Positions 11,101 to 24,746 of a stretch of 64,000 nt of DNA are shown in pieces. Positions within the stretch are counted from its first letter, which is position 1. The number at the start of each line of letters is the position of its first letter. The stretch lies in NCBI GenBank assembly GCA_030390025.1, contig JASTWF010000360.1, forward strand, positions 62,001-126,000. The letters are read 5' to 3'. The stretch comes from Squalus acanthias. Lineage: Eukaryota. A program made the translations under genes and the position numbers. Below the pieces are notes generated by a model. It did no database searches and was not told the origin of the DNA. It worked only from the letters and a program-made list of their open reading frames with translations.

Positions 11101-14100
11101 TCACAATGTACTGATTGGGCAGCACTGAGAGAGGGACAGGCTCACAATGTACTGATTGATCAGCACCGAGAGAGGGTCAGGCTCACAATGTACTGATTGG
11201 GCAGCACTGAGAGAGGGACAGGCTCACAATGTACTGATTGACCAGCACCGAGAGAGGGACAGGCTCACAATGTACTGATTGGACAGCACTGAGAGAGGGA
11301 CAGGCTCACAATGTACAGATTGGGCAGCACTGAGAGAGGGTCAGGCTCACAATGTACTGATTGGGCAGCACTGAGAGAGGGACAGACTCACAATGTACTG
11401 ATTGGGCAGCACTGAGAGAGGGACAGGCTCACAATGTGCTGATTGGGCAGCACTGAGAGAGGGACAGGCTCACAATGTACTGATTGGGCAGCACTGAGAG
11501 AGGGACAGACTCACAATGTACTGATTGGGCAGCACAGAGAGGGACAGACTCACAATGTACTGATTGGGCAGCACTGAGAGAGGGACAGACTCACAATGTA
11601 CTGATTGGGCAGCAGTGAGAGAGGGACAGGCTCACAATGTACTGATTGGGTAGCACAGAGCGGGACAGACTCACAATGTACTGATTGGGCAGCACTGAGA
11701 GAGGTACAGGCTCACAATGTACTGATTCACCAGCACTGAGAGAGGGACAGGCTCACAATGCAATGATTGGGCAGCACTGAGAGAGGGACAGGCTCACAAT
11801 GTACTGATTGGGCAGCACTGAGAGAGGGACAGACTCACAATGTACTGATTGGGAAGCACTGAGAGAGGGACAGGCTAACAGTGCACTGATTGGGCAGCAC
11901 TGAGTGAGGGACAGACTCAGAATGTACTGATTGGGCAGCACTGAGAGAGGGACAGGCTCACAATGTACTGATTGGGCAGCACTGAGAGAGGGACAGGCTA
12001 ACAGTGCACTGATTGGGCAGCACTGAGAGAGGGACAGGCTCACAATGTACTGATTGGGCAGCACTGAGAGAGGGACAGGCTCACAATGTACTGATTGGGC
12101 AGCACTGAGAGAGGGACAGGCTCACAATGTACTGATTGGGCAGCACTGAGAGAGGGACAGGCTCACAATGTACTGATTGGGCAGCACTGAGAGAGGGACA
12201 GACTCAGAATGTACTGATTGGGCAGCACTGAGAGAGGGACAGGCTCACAATGTACTGATTGGGCAGCACTGAGAGAGGGACAGGCTCACAATGTACTGAT
12301 GGGGCAGCACTGAGAGAGGGACAGGCTCACAATGTACTGATTGACCAGCACTGAGAGAGGGACAGACTCACAATGTACTGATTGGGATGCACTGAGAGAG
12401 GGACAGGCTCACAATGTACTGATTGACCAGCACTGAGAGAGGGACAGACTCACAAAGTACTGATTGACCAGCACTGAGAGAGGGACAGGCTCACAATGTA
12501 CTGATTGGGCAGCACTGAGAGAGGGACAGGCTCACAATGTACTGATTGGGCAGCACTGAGAGAGGGACAGGCTCACAATGTACTGATGGGGCATCATTGA
12601 GAGAGGGACAGGCTCACAATGTACTGATTGGGCAGCACTGAGAGAGGGACAGACTCACAATGTACTGATTGACCAGCACTGAGAGAGGGACAGGCTCACA
12701 ATGTACTGATTGGGCATCACTGAGAGGGGGACAGGCTCACAATGTACTGATTGGGCAGCACTGAGAGAGGGACAGACTCACAATGTACTGATTGACCAGC
12801 ACTGAGAGAGGGACAGGCTCACAATGCACTGATTGGGCATCACTGAGAGAGGGACAGGCTCACAATGTGCTGATTGGGTATCACTGAGAGAGGGACAGAC
12901 TCACAATGTACTGATTGGACAGCAATGAGAGAGGGACAGGCTCACAATGTCCTGATTGACCAGCACTGAGAGAGGGACAGACTCACAATGTACTGATTGG
13001 CCATCACTGAGAGAGGGACAGGCTCACAATGTACTGATTGGGCATCACTGAGAGAGGGACAGACTCACAATGTACTGATTGGGCATCACTGAGAGAGGGA
13101 CAGACTCACAATGTACTGATTGGGCAGCACTGAGAGAGGGACAGATTCACAATGTACTGATTGGGCAGCACTGAGAGGGGGACAGGCTCACAATGTACTG
13201 ATTGGGTAGCACTGAGAGAGGGACAGGCTCACAATGTACTGATTGGGCAGCACTGAGAGAGGGACAGACTCACAATGTACTGATTGGGCAGCACAGAGAG
13301 GGACAGACTCACAATGTACTGATTGGGCAGCACTGAGAGAGGGACAGGCTCACAATGTACTGATTGGGCAGCACTGAGAGAGGGTCGGACTCACAATGTA
13401 CTGATTGGGCAGAACTGAGAGAGGGACAGGCTCACAATGTACTGATTGGGCGGCACTGAGAGAGGGACAGGCTCACAATGTACTGATTGGGCAGCACTGA
13501 GAGAGGGACAGGCTCACAATGTACTGATTGGGCAGCACTGAGAGAGGGACAGGCTCACAATGTACTGATTGATCAGCACCGAGAGAGGGTCAGGCTCACA
13601 ATGTACTGATTGGGCAGCACTGAGAGAGGGACAGGCTCACAATGTACTGATTGACCAGCATCGAGAGAGGGACAGGCTCACAATGTACTGATTGATCAGC
13701 ACCGAGAGAGGGTCAGGCTCACAATGTACTGATTGGGCAGCACTGAGAGAGGGACAGGCTCACAATGTACTGATTGGGCAGCACTGAGAGAGGGTCAGGC
13801 TCACAATGTACTGATTGGGCAGCACTGAGAGAGGGACAGACTCACAATGTACTGATTGGGCAGCACTGAGAGAGGGACAGGCTCACAATGTGCTGATTGG
13901 GCAGCACTGAGAGAGGGTCAGGCTCACAATGTACTGATTGGGCAGCACTGAGAGAGGGACAGACTCACAATGTACTGATTGGGAAGCACTGAGAGAGGGA
14001 CAGGCTAACAGTGCACTGATTGGGCAGCACTGAGAGAGGGACAGGCTCACAATGTACTGATTGACCAGCACTGAGAGAGGGACAGACTCACAATGTACTG

Positions 14101-17100
14101 ATTGGGATGCACTGAGAGAGGGACAGGCTCACAATGTATTGATTGACCAGCACTGAGAGAGGGACAGACTCACAAAGTACTGATTGACCAGCACTGAGAG
14201 AGGGACAGGCTCACAATGTACTGATTGGGCAGCACTGAGAGAGGGACAGGCTCACAATGTACTGATTGGGCAGCACTGAGAGAGGGACAGGCTCACAATG
14301 TACTGATTGGGCAGCACTGAGAGAGGGACAGGCTCACAATGTACTGATGGGGCATCATTGAGAGAGGGACAGGCTCACACTGTACTGATTGGGCAGCACT
14401 GAGAGAGGGACAGACTCACAATGTACTGATTGACCAGCACTGAGAGAGGGACAGGCTCACAATGTACTGATTGGGCATCACTGAGAGGGGGACAGGCTCA
14501 CAATGTACTGATTGGGCAGCACTGAGAGAGGGACAGACTCACAATGTACTGATTGACCAGCACTGAGAGCGGGACAGACTCACAATGTACTGATTGGACA
14601 GCAATGAGAGAGGGACAGGCTCACAATGTACTGATTGACCAGCACTGAGAGAGGGACAGACTCACAATGTACTGATTGGGCATCACTGAGAGAGGGACAG
14701 ACTCACAATGTACTGATTGGACAGCAATGAGAGAGGGACAGGCTCACAATGTACTGATTGACCAGCACTGAGAGAGGGACAGACTCACAATGTACTGATT
14801 GGGCATCACTGAGAGAGGGACAGGCTCACAATGTACTGATTGGGCATCACTGAGAGAGGGACAGACTCACAATGTACTGATTGGACAGCAATGAGAGAGG
14901 GACAGGCTCACAATGTACTGATTGACCAGCACTGAGAGAGGGACAGACTCACAATGTACTGATTGGGCATCACTGAGAGAGGGACAGGCTCACAATGTAC
15001 TGATTGGGCATCACTGAGAGAGGGACAGACTCACAATGTACTGATTGGGCATCACTGAGAGAGGGACAGACTCACAATGTACTGATTGGGCAGCACTGAG
15101 AGAGGGACAGACTCACAATGTACTGATTGGGCAGCACTGAGAGGGGGACAGGCTCACAATGTACTGATTGGGTAGCACTGAGAGAGGGACAGGCTCACAA
15201 TGTACTGATTGGGCAGCACTGAGAGAGGGACAGACTCACAATGTACTGATTGGGCAGCACAGAGAGGGACAGACTCACAATGTACTGATTGGCAGCACTG
15301 AGAGAGGGACAAGCTCACAATGTACTGATTGGGCAGCACAGAGCGGGACAGGCTCACAATGTACTGATTGGGCAGCACTGAGAGAGGGACAGGCTCACAA
15401 TGTGCTGATTGGGCATCACTGAGAGAGGGACAGACTCACAATGTACTGATTGGGCAGCACTGAGAGGGGGACAGGCTCACAATGTACTGATTGGGCAGCA
15501 CTGAGAGAGGGACAGGCTCACAATGTACTGATTGGGCAGCACTGAGAGAGGGTCGGACTCACAATGTACTGATTGCGCAGAACTGAGAGAGGGACAGGCT
15601 CACAATGTACTGATTGGGCGGCACTGAGAGAGGGACAGGCTCACAATGTACTGATTGGGCAGCACTGAGAGAGGGACGGGCTCACAATGTACTGATTGGG
15701 CAGCACTGAGAGAGGGACAGGCTCACAATGTACTGATTGATCAGCACCGAGAGAGGGTCAGGCTCACAATGTACTGATTGGGCAGCACTGAGAGAGGGAC
15801 AGGCTCACAATGTACTGATTGACCAGCACCGAGAGAGGGACAGGCTCACAATGTACTGATTGGACAGCACTGAGAGAGGGACAGGCTCACAATGTACAGA
15901 TTGGGCAGCACTGAGAGAGGGTCAGGCTCACAATGTACTGATTGGGCAGCACTGAGAGAGGGACAGACTCACAATGTACTGATTGGGCAGCACTGAGAGA
16001 GGGACAGGCTCACAATGTGCTGATTGGGCAGCACTGAGAGAGGGACAGGCTCACAATGTACTGATTGGGCAGCACTGAGAGAGGGACAGACTCACAATGT
16101 ACTGATTGGGCAGCACAGAGAGGGACAGACTCACAATGTACTGATTGGCAGCACTGAGAGAGGGACAAGCTCACAATGTACTGATTGGGCAGCACTGAGA
16201 GAGGGACAGGCTCACAATGTACTGATTGACCAGCACTGAGAGAGGGACAGGCTCACAATGTACTGATTGATCAGCACCGAGAGAGGGTCAGGCTCACAAT
16301 GTACTGATTGGGCAGCACTGAGAGAGGGACAGGCTCACAATGTACTGATTGGGCAGCACTGAGAGAGGGTCAGGCTCACAATGTACTGATTGGGCAGCAC
16401 TGAGAGAGGGACAGACTCACAATGTACTGATTGGGCAGCACTGAGAGAGGGACAGGCTCACAATGTGCTGATTGGGCAGCACTGAGAGAGGGTCAGGCTC
16501 ACAATGTACTGATTGGGCAGCACTGAGAGAGGGACAGACTCACAATGTACTGATTGGGAAGCACTGAGAGAGGGACAGGCTAACAGTGCACTGATTGGGC
16601 AGCACTGAGAGAGGGACAGGCTCACAATGTACTGATTGACCAGCACTGAGAGAGGGACAGACTCACAATGTACTGATTGGGATGCACTGAGAGAGGGACA
16701 GGCTCACAATGTATTGATTGACCAGCACTGAGAGAGGGACAGACTCACAAAGTACTGATTGACCAGCACTGAGAGAGGGACAGGCTCACAATGTACTGAT
16801 TGGGCAGCACTGAGAGAGGGACAGGCTCACAATGTACTGATTGGGCAGCACTGAGAGAGGGACAGGCTCACAATGTACTGATTGGGCAGCACTGAGAGAG
16901 GGACAGGCTCACAATGTACTGATGGGGCATCATTGAGAGAGGGACAGGCTCACACTGTACTGATTGGGCAGCACTGAGAGAGGGACAGACTCACAATGTA
17001 CTGATTGACCAGCACTGAGAGAGGGACAGGCTCACAATGTACTGATTGGGCATCACTGAGAGGGGGACAGGCTCACAATGTACTGATTGGGCAGCACTGA

Positions 17101-20100
17101 GAGAGGGACAGACTCACAATGTACTGATTGACCAGCACTGAGAGCGGGACAGACTCACAATGTACTGATTGGACAGCAATGAGAGAGGGACAGGCTCACA
17201 ATGTACTGATTGACCAGCACTGAGAGAGGGACAGACTCACAATGTACTGATTGGGCATCACTGAGAGAGGGACAGACTCACAATGTACTGATTGGACAGC
17301 AATGAGAGAGGGACAGGCTCACAATGTACTGATTGACCAGCACTGAGAGAGGGACAGACTCACAATGTACTGATTGGGCATCACTGAGAGAGGGACAGGC
17401 TCACAATGTACTGATTGGGCATCACTGAGAGAGGGACAGACTCACAATGTACTGATTGGGCATCACTGAGAGAGGGACAGACTCACAATGTACTGATTGG
17501 GCAGCACTGAGAGAGGGACAGACTCACAATGTACTGATTGGGCAGCACTGAGAGGGGGACAGGCTCACAATGTACTGATTGGGTAGCACTGAGAGAGGGA
17601 CAGGCTCACAATGTACTGATTGGGCAGCACTGAGAGAGGGACAGACTCACAATGTACTGATTGGGCAGCACAGAGAGGGACAGACTCACAATGTACTGAT
17701 TGGCAGCACAGAGAGAGGGACAAGCTCACAATGTACTGATTGGGCAGCACAGAGCGGGACAGGCTCACAATGTACTGATTGGGCAGCACTGAGAGAGGGA
17801 CAGGCTCACAATGTGCTGATTGGGCATCACTGAGAGAGGGACAGACTCACAATGTACTGATTGGGCAGCACTGAGAGGGGGACAGGCTCACAATGTACTG
17901 ATTGGGCAGCACTGAGAGAGGGACAGGCTCACAATGTACTGATTGGGCAGCACTGAGAGAGGGTCGGACTCACAATGTACTGATTGCGCAGAACTGAGAG
18001 AGGGACAGGCTCACAATGTACTGATTGGGCGGCACTGAGAGAGGGACAGGCTCACAATGTACTGATTGGGCAGCACTGAGAGAGGGACGGGCTCACAATG
18101 TACTGATTGGGCAGCACTGAGAGAGGGACAGGCTCACAATGTACTGATTGATCAGCACCGAGAGAGGGTCAGGCTCACAATGTACTGATTGGGCAGCACT
18201 GAGAGAGGGACAGGCTCACAATGTACTGATTGACCAGCACCGAGAGAGGGACAGGCTCACAATGTACTGATTGGACAGCACTGAGAGAGGGACAGGCTCA
18301 CAATGTACAGATTGGGCAGCACTGAGAGAGGGTCAGGCTCACAATGTACTGATTGGGCAGCACTGAGAGAGGGACAGACTCACAATGTACTGATTGGGCA
18401 GCACTGAGAGAGGGACAGGCTCACAATGTGCTGATTGGGCAGCACTGAGAGAGGGACAGGCTCACAATGTACTGATTGGGCAGCACTGAGAGAGGGACAG
18501 ACTCACAATGTACTGATTGGGCAGCACAGAGAGGGACAGACTCACAATGTACTGATTGGCAGCACTGAGAGAGGGACAAGCTCACAATGTACTGATTGGG
18601 CAGCACTGAGAGAGGGACAGGCTCACAATGTACTGATTGACCAGCACTGAGAGAGGGACAGGCTCACAATGTACTGATTGATCAGCACCGAGAGAGGGTC
18701 AGGCTCACAATGTACTGATTGGGCAGCACTGAGAGAGGGACAGGCTCACAATGTACTGATTGGGCAGCACTGAGAGAGGGACAGGCTCACAATGTACTGA
18801 TTGGGCAGCACTGAGAGAGGGTGGGACTCACAATGTACTGATTGCGCAGAACTGAGAGAGGGACAGGCTCACAATGTACTGATTGGGCGGCACTGAGAGA
18901 GGGACAGGCTCACAATGTACTGATTGGGCAGCACTGAGAGAGGGACGGGCTCACAATGTACTGATTGGGCAGCACTGAGAGAGGGACAGGCTCACAATGT
19001 ACTGATTGATCAGCACCGAGAGAGGGTCAGGCTCACAATGTACTGATTGGGCAGCACTGAGAGAGGGACAGGCTCACAATGTACTGATTGACCAGCACCG
19101 AGAGAGGGACAGGCTCACAATGTACTGATTGGACAGCACTGAGAGAGGGACAGGCTCACAATGTACAGATTGGGCAGCACTGAGAGAGGGTCAGGCTCAC
19201 AATGTACTGATTGGGCAGCACTGAGAGAGGGACAGACTCACAATGTACTGATTGGGCAGCACTGAGAGAGGGACAGGCTCACAATGTGCTGATTGGGCAG
19301 CACTGAGAGAGGGACAGGCTCACAATGTACTGATTGGGCAGCACTGAGAGAGGGACAGACTCACAATGTACTGATTGGGCAGCACAGAGAGGGACAGACT
19401 CACAATGTACTGATTGGCAGCACTGAGAGAGGGACAAGCTCACAATGTACTGATTGGGCAGCACTGAGAGAGGGACAGGCTCACAATGTACTGATTGACC
19501 AGCACTGAGAGAGGGACAGGCTCACAATGTACTGATTGATCAGCACCGAGAGAGGGTCAGGCTCACAATGTACTGATTGGGCAGCACTGAGAGAGGGACA
19601 GGCTCACAATGTACTGATTGGGCAGCACTGAGAGAGGGTCAGGCTCACAATGTACTGATTGGGCAGCACTGAGAGAGGGACAGACTCACAATGTACTGAT
19701 TGGGCAGCACTGAGAGAGGGACAGGCTCACAATGTGCTGATTGGGCAGCACTGAGAGAGGGTCAGGCTCACAATGTACTGATTGGGCAGCACTGAGAGAG
19801 GGACAGACTCACAATGTACTGATTGGGAAGCACTGAGAGAGGGACAGGCTAACAGTGCACTGATTGGGCAGCACTGAGAGAGGGACAGGCTCACAATGTA
19901 CTGATTGACCAGCACTGAGAGAGGGACAGACTCACAATGTACTGATTGGGATGCACTGAGAGAGGGACAGGCTCACAATGTATTGATTGACCAGCACTGA
20001 GAGAGGGACAGACTCACAAAGTACTGATTGACCAGCACTGAGAGAGGGACAGGCTCACAATGTACTGATTGGGCAGCACTGAGAGAGGGACAGGCTCACA

Positions 20101-23100
20101 ATGTACTGATTGGGCAGCACTGAGAGAGGGACAGGCTCACAATGTACTGATTGGGCAGCACTGAGAGAGGGACAGGCTCACAATGTACTGATGGGGCATC
20201 ATTGAGAGAGGGACAGGCTCACACTGTACTGATTGGGCAGCACTGAGAGAGGGACAGACTCACAATGTACTGATTGACCAGCACTGAGAGAGGGACAGGC
20301 TCACAATGTACTGATTGGGCATCACTGAGAGGGGGACAGGCTCACAATGTACTGATTGGGCAGCACTGAGAGAGGGACAGACTCACAATGTACTGATTGA
20401 CCAGCACTGAGAGCGGGACAGACTCACAATGTACTGATTGGACAGCAATGAGAGAGGGACAGGCTCACAATGTACTGATTGACCAGCACTGAGAGAGGGA
20501 CAGACTCACAATGTACTGATTGGGCATCACTGAGAGAGGGACAGACTCACAATGTACTGATTGGACAGCAATGAGAGAGGGACAGGCTCACAATGTACTG
20601 ATTGACCAGCACTGAGAGAGGGACAGACTCACAATGTACTGATTGGGCATCACTGAGAGAGGGACAGGCTCACAATGTACTGATTGGGCATCACTGAGAG
20701 AGGGACAGACTCACAATGTACTGATTGGGCATCACTGAGAGAGGGACAGACTCACAATGTACTGATTGGGCAGCACTGAGAGAGGGACAGACTCACAATG
20801 TACTGATTGGGCAGCACTGAGAGGGGGACAGGCTCACAATGTACTGATTGGGTAGCACTGAGAGAGGGACAGGCTCACAATGTACTGATTGGGCAGCACT
20901 GAGAGAGGGACAGACTCACAATGTACTGATTGGGCAGCACAGAGAGGGACAGACTCACAATGTACTGATTGGCAGCACAGAGAGAGGGACAAGCTCACAA
21001 TGTACTGATTGGGCAGCACAGAGCGGGACAGGCTCACAATGTACTGATTGGGCAGCACTGAGAGAGGGACAGGCTCACAATGTGCTGATTGGGCATCACT
21101 GAGAGAGGGACAGACTCACAATGTACTGATTGGGCAGCACTGAGAGGGGGACAGGCTCACAATGTACTGATTGGGCAGCACTGAGAGAGGGACAGGCTCA
21201 CAATGTACTGATTGGGCAGCACTGAGAGAGGGTCGGACTCACAATGTACTGATTGCGCAGAACTGAGAGAGGGACAGGCTCACAATGTACTGATTGGGCG
21301 GCACTGAGAGAGGGACAGGCTCACAATGTACTGATTGGGCAGCACTGAGAGAGGGACGGGCTCACAATGTACTGATTGGGCAGCACTGAGAGAGGGACAG
21401 GCTCACAATGTACTGATTGATCAGCACCGAGAGAGGGTCAGGCTCACAATGTACTGATTGGGCAGCACTGAGAGAGGGACAGGCTCACAATGTACTGATT
21501 GACCAGCACCGAGAGAGGGACAGGCTCACAATGTACTGATTGGACAGCACTGAGAGAGGGACAGGCTCACAATGTACAGATTGGGCAGCACTGAGAGAGG
21601 GTCAGGCTCACAATGTACTGATTGGGCAGCACTGAGAGAGGGACAGACTCACAATGTACTGATTGGGCAGCACTGAGAGAGGGACAGGCTCACAATGTGC
21701 TGATTGGGCAGCACTGAGAGAGGGACAGGCTCACAATGTACTGATTGGGCAGCACTGAGAGAGGGACAGACTCACAATGTACTGATTGGGCAGCACAGAG
21801 AGGGACAGACTCACAATGTACTGATTGGCAGCACTGAGAGAGGGACAAGCTCACAATGTACTGATTGGGCAGCACTGAGAGAGGGACAGGCTCACAATGT
21901 ACTGATTGACCAGCACTGAGAGAGGGACAGGCTCACAATGTACTGATTGATCAGCACCGAGAGAGGGTCAGGCTCACAATGTACTGATTGGGCAGCACTG
22001 AGAGAGGGACAGGCTCACAATGTACTGATTGGGCAGCACTGAGAGAGGGTCAGGCTCACAATGTACTGATTGGGCAGCACTGAGAGAGGGACAGACTCAC
22101 AATGTACTGATTGGGCAGCACTGAGAGAGGGACAGGCTCACAATGTGCTGATTGGGCAGCACTGAGAGAGGGTCAGGCTCACAATGTACTGATTGGGCAG
22201 CACTGAGAGAGGGACAGACTCACAATGTACTGATTGGGAAGCACTGAGAGAGGGACAGGCTAACAGTGCACTGATTGGGCAGCACTGAGAGAGGGACAGG
22301 CTCACAATGTACTGATTGACCAGCACTGAGAGAGGGACAGACTCACAATGTACTGATTGGGATGCACTGAGAGAGGGACAGGCTCACAATGTATTGATTG
22401 ACCAGCACTGAGAGAGGGACAGACTCACAAAGTACTGATTGACCAGCACTGAGAGAGGGACAGGCTCACAATGTACTGATTGGGCAGCACTGAGAGAGGG
22501 ACAGGCTCACAATGTACTGATTGGGCAGCACTGAGAGAGGGACAGGCTCACAATGTACTGATTGGGCAGCACTGAGAGAGGGACAGGCTCACAATGTACT
22601 GATGGGGCATCATTGAGAGAGGGACAGGCTCACACTGTACTGATTGGGCAGCACTGAGAGAGGGACAGACTCACAATGTACTGATTGACCAGCACTGAGA
22701 GAGGGACAGGCTCACAATGTACTGATTGGGCATCACTGAGAGGGGGACAGGCTCACAATGTACTGATTGGGCAGCACTGAGAGAGGGACAGACTCACAAT
22801 GTACTGATTGACCAGCACTGAGAGCGGGACAGACTCACAATGTACTGATTGGACAGCAATGAGAGAGGGACAGGCTCACAATGTACTGATTGACCAGCAC
22901 TGAGAGAGGGACAGACTCACAATGTACTGATTGGGCATCACTGAGAGAGGGACAGACTCACAATGTACTGATTGGACAGCAATGAGAGAGGGACAGGCTC
23001 ACAATGTACTGATTGACCAGCACTGAGAGAGGGACAGACTCACAATGTACTGATTGGGCATCACTGAGAGAGGGACAGGCTCACAATGTACTGATTGGGC

Positions 23101-24474
23101 ATCACTGAGAGAGGGACAGACTCACAATGTACTGATTGGGCATCACTGAGAGAGGGACAGACTCACAATGTACTGATTGGGCAGCACTGAGAGAGGGACA
23201 GACTCACAATGTACTGATTGGGCAGCACTGAGAGGGGGACAGGCTCACAATGTACTGATTGGGTAGCACTGAGAGAGGGACAGGCTCACAATGTACTGAT
23301 TGGGCAGCACTGAGAGAGGGACAGACTCACAATGTACTGATTGGGCAGCACAGAGAGGGACAGACTCACAATGTACTGATTGGCAGCACAGAGAGAGGGA
23401 CAAGCTCACAATGTACTGATTGGGCAGCACAGAGCGGGACAGGCTCACAATGTACTGATTGGGCAGCACTGAGAGAGGGACAGGCTCACAATGTGCTGAT
23501 TGGGCATCACTGAGAGAGGGACAGACTCACAATGTACTGATTGGGCAGCACTGAGAGGGGGACAGGCTCACAATGTACTGATTGGGCAGCACTGAGAGAG
23601 GGACAGGCTCACAATGTACTGATTGGGCAGCACTGAGAGAGGGTCGGACTCACAATGTACTGATTGCGCAGAACTGAGAGAGGGACAGGCTCACAATGTA
23701 CTGATTGGGCGGCACTGAGAGAGGGACAGGCTCACAATGTACTGATTGGGCAGCACTGAGAGAGGGACGGGCTCACAATGTACTGATTGGGCAGCACTGA
23801 GAGAGGGACAGGCTCACAATGTACTGATTGATCAGCACCGAGAGAGGGTCAGGCTCACAATGTACTGATTGGGCAGCACTGAGAGAGGGACAGGCTCACA
23901 ATGTACTGATTGACCAGCACCGAGAGAGGGACAGGCTCACAATGTACTGATTGGACAGCACTGAGAGAGGGACAGGCTCACAATGTACAGATTGGGCAGC
24001 ACTGAGAGAGGGTCAGGCTCACAATGTACTGATTGGGCAGCACTGAGAGAGGGACAGACTCACAATGTACTGATTGGGCAGCACTGAGAGAGGGACAGGC
24101 TCACAATGTGCTGATTGGGCAGCACTGAGAGAGGGACAGGCTCACAATGTACTGATTGGGCAGCACTGAGAGAGGGACAGACTCACAATGTACTGATTGG
24201 GCAGCACAGAGAGGGACAGACTCACAATGTACTGATTGGCAGCACTGAGAGAGGGACAAGCTCACAATGTACTGATTGGGCAGCACTGAGAGAGGGACAG
24301 GCTCACAATGTACTGATTGACCAGCACTGAGAGAGGGACAGGCTCACAATGTACTGATTGATCAGCACCGAGAGAGGGTCAGGCTCACAATGTACTGATT
24401 GGGCAGCACTGAGAGAGGGACAGGCTCACAATGTACTGATTGGGCAGCACTGAGAGAGGGTCAGGCTCACAATG
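5184..24474. repeat. 41-bp tandem satellite, left arm (~470 monomers)
   Basis: Consensus CAGCACTGAGAGAGGGACAG(G/A)CTCACAATGTACTGATTGGG repeated head-to-tail with point variants and 1-2 bp deletions. No unique spacers. Confidence 0.99.
24470..24474 (+). repeat. Left target-site duplication CAATG
   Basis: Satellite ...GGCTCACAATG abuts the LTR start TGTGG. The same CAATG follows the last LTR at 33075-33079. Confidence 0.9.
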
Positions 24475-24668
24475 TGTGGTAACACAATACAGCTTCCTGT
24501 GACTTGAACTTTATTACATCACTTCCTGTGATTAGTCCAGGATAAATACTGGGCTGATCAGTCGGATCCTGGAGAGGCATAGAGTAAGACCTCTTTTGTA
24601 TGTAGCACCTTTTTAGTTGATTAAAGCTTACTTTAAGTTCACCACGCGTAAGGCTCATTCTTACGACA
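24475..24668 (+). repeat. 5' LTR (194 bp)
   Basis: TGTGGTAA...TTACGACA termini (TG..CA, 7/8 inverted repeat). Differs from the other two LTRs by T instead of C at 24505. Confidence 0.96.
24493..24625 (+). promoter_or_regulatory. Putative LTR promoter and polyadenylation signals
   Basis: Two CTTCCTGTGA direct repeats (ETS-like core, 24493-24502 and 24522-24531), TATA-like GATAAATA (24541-24548) and poly(A)-signal variant ATTAAA (24620-24625). Motif matches only. Confidence 0.45.
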
Positions 24669-24669
24669 A

Positions 24670-24680
24670 TTTAATCAACT
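24670..24680 (+). promoter_or_regulatory. Non-tRNA primer-binding-site position, complementary to the element's own LTR
   Basis: TTTAATCAACT lies 1 nt after the LTR end and is the exact reverse complement of AGTTGATTAAA at 24615-24625. It lacks the TGG start of a tRNA-CCA-type PBS. Confidence 0.75.
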
Positions 24681-24746
24681 TTGAAAAACTTCGCACTCAA
24701 ACTTTTTGGACGAACTCGGAACTAAGGATCCAGGGAATCACCCATC

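Noticed and set aside
24707..24724. TGGACGAACTCGG as a tRNA PBS
   Set aside because: It lies 38 nt from the LTR end, whereas a PBS should be within a few nt, and I recognise no tRNA 3'-end complement.
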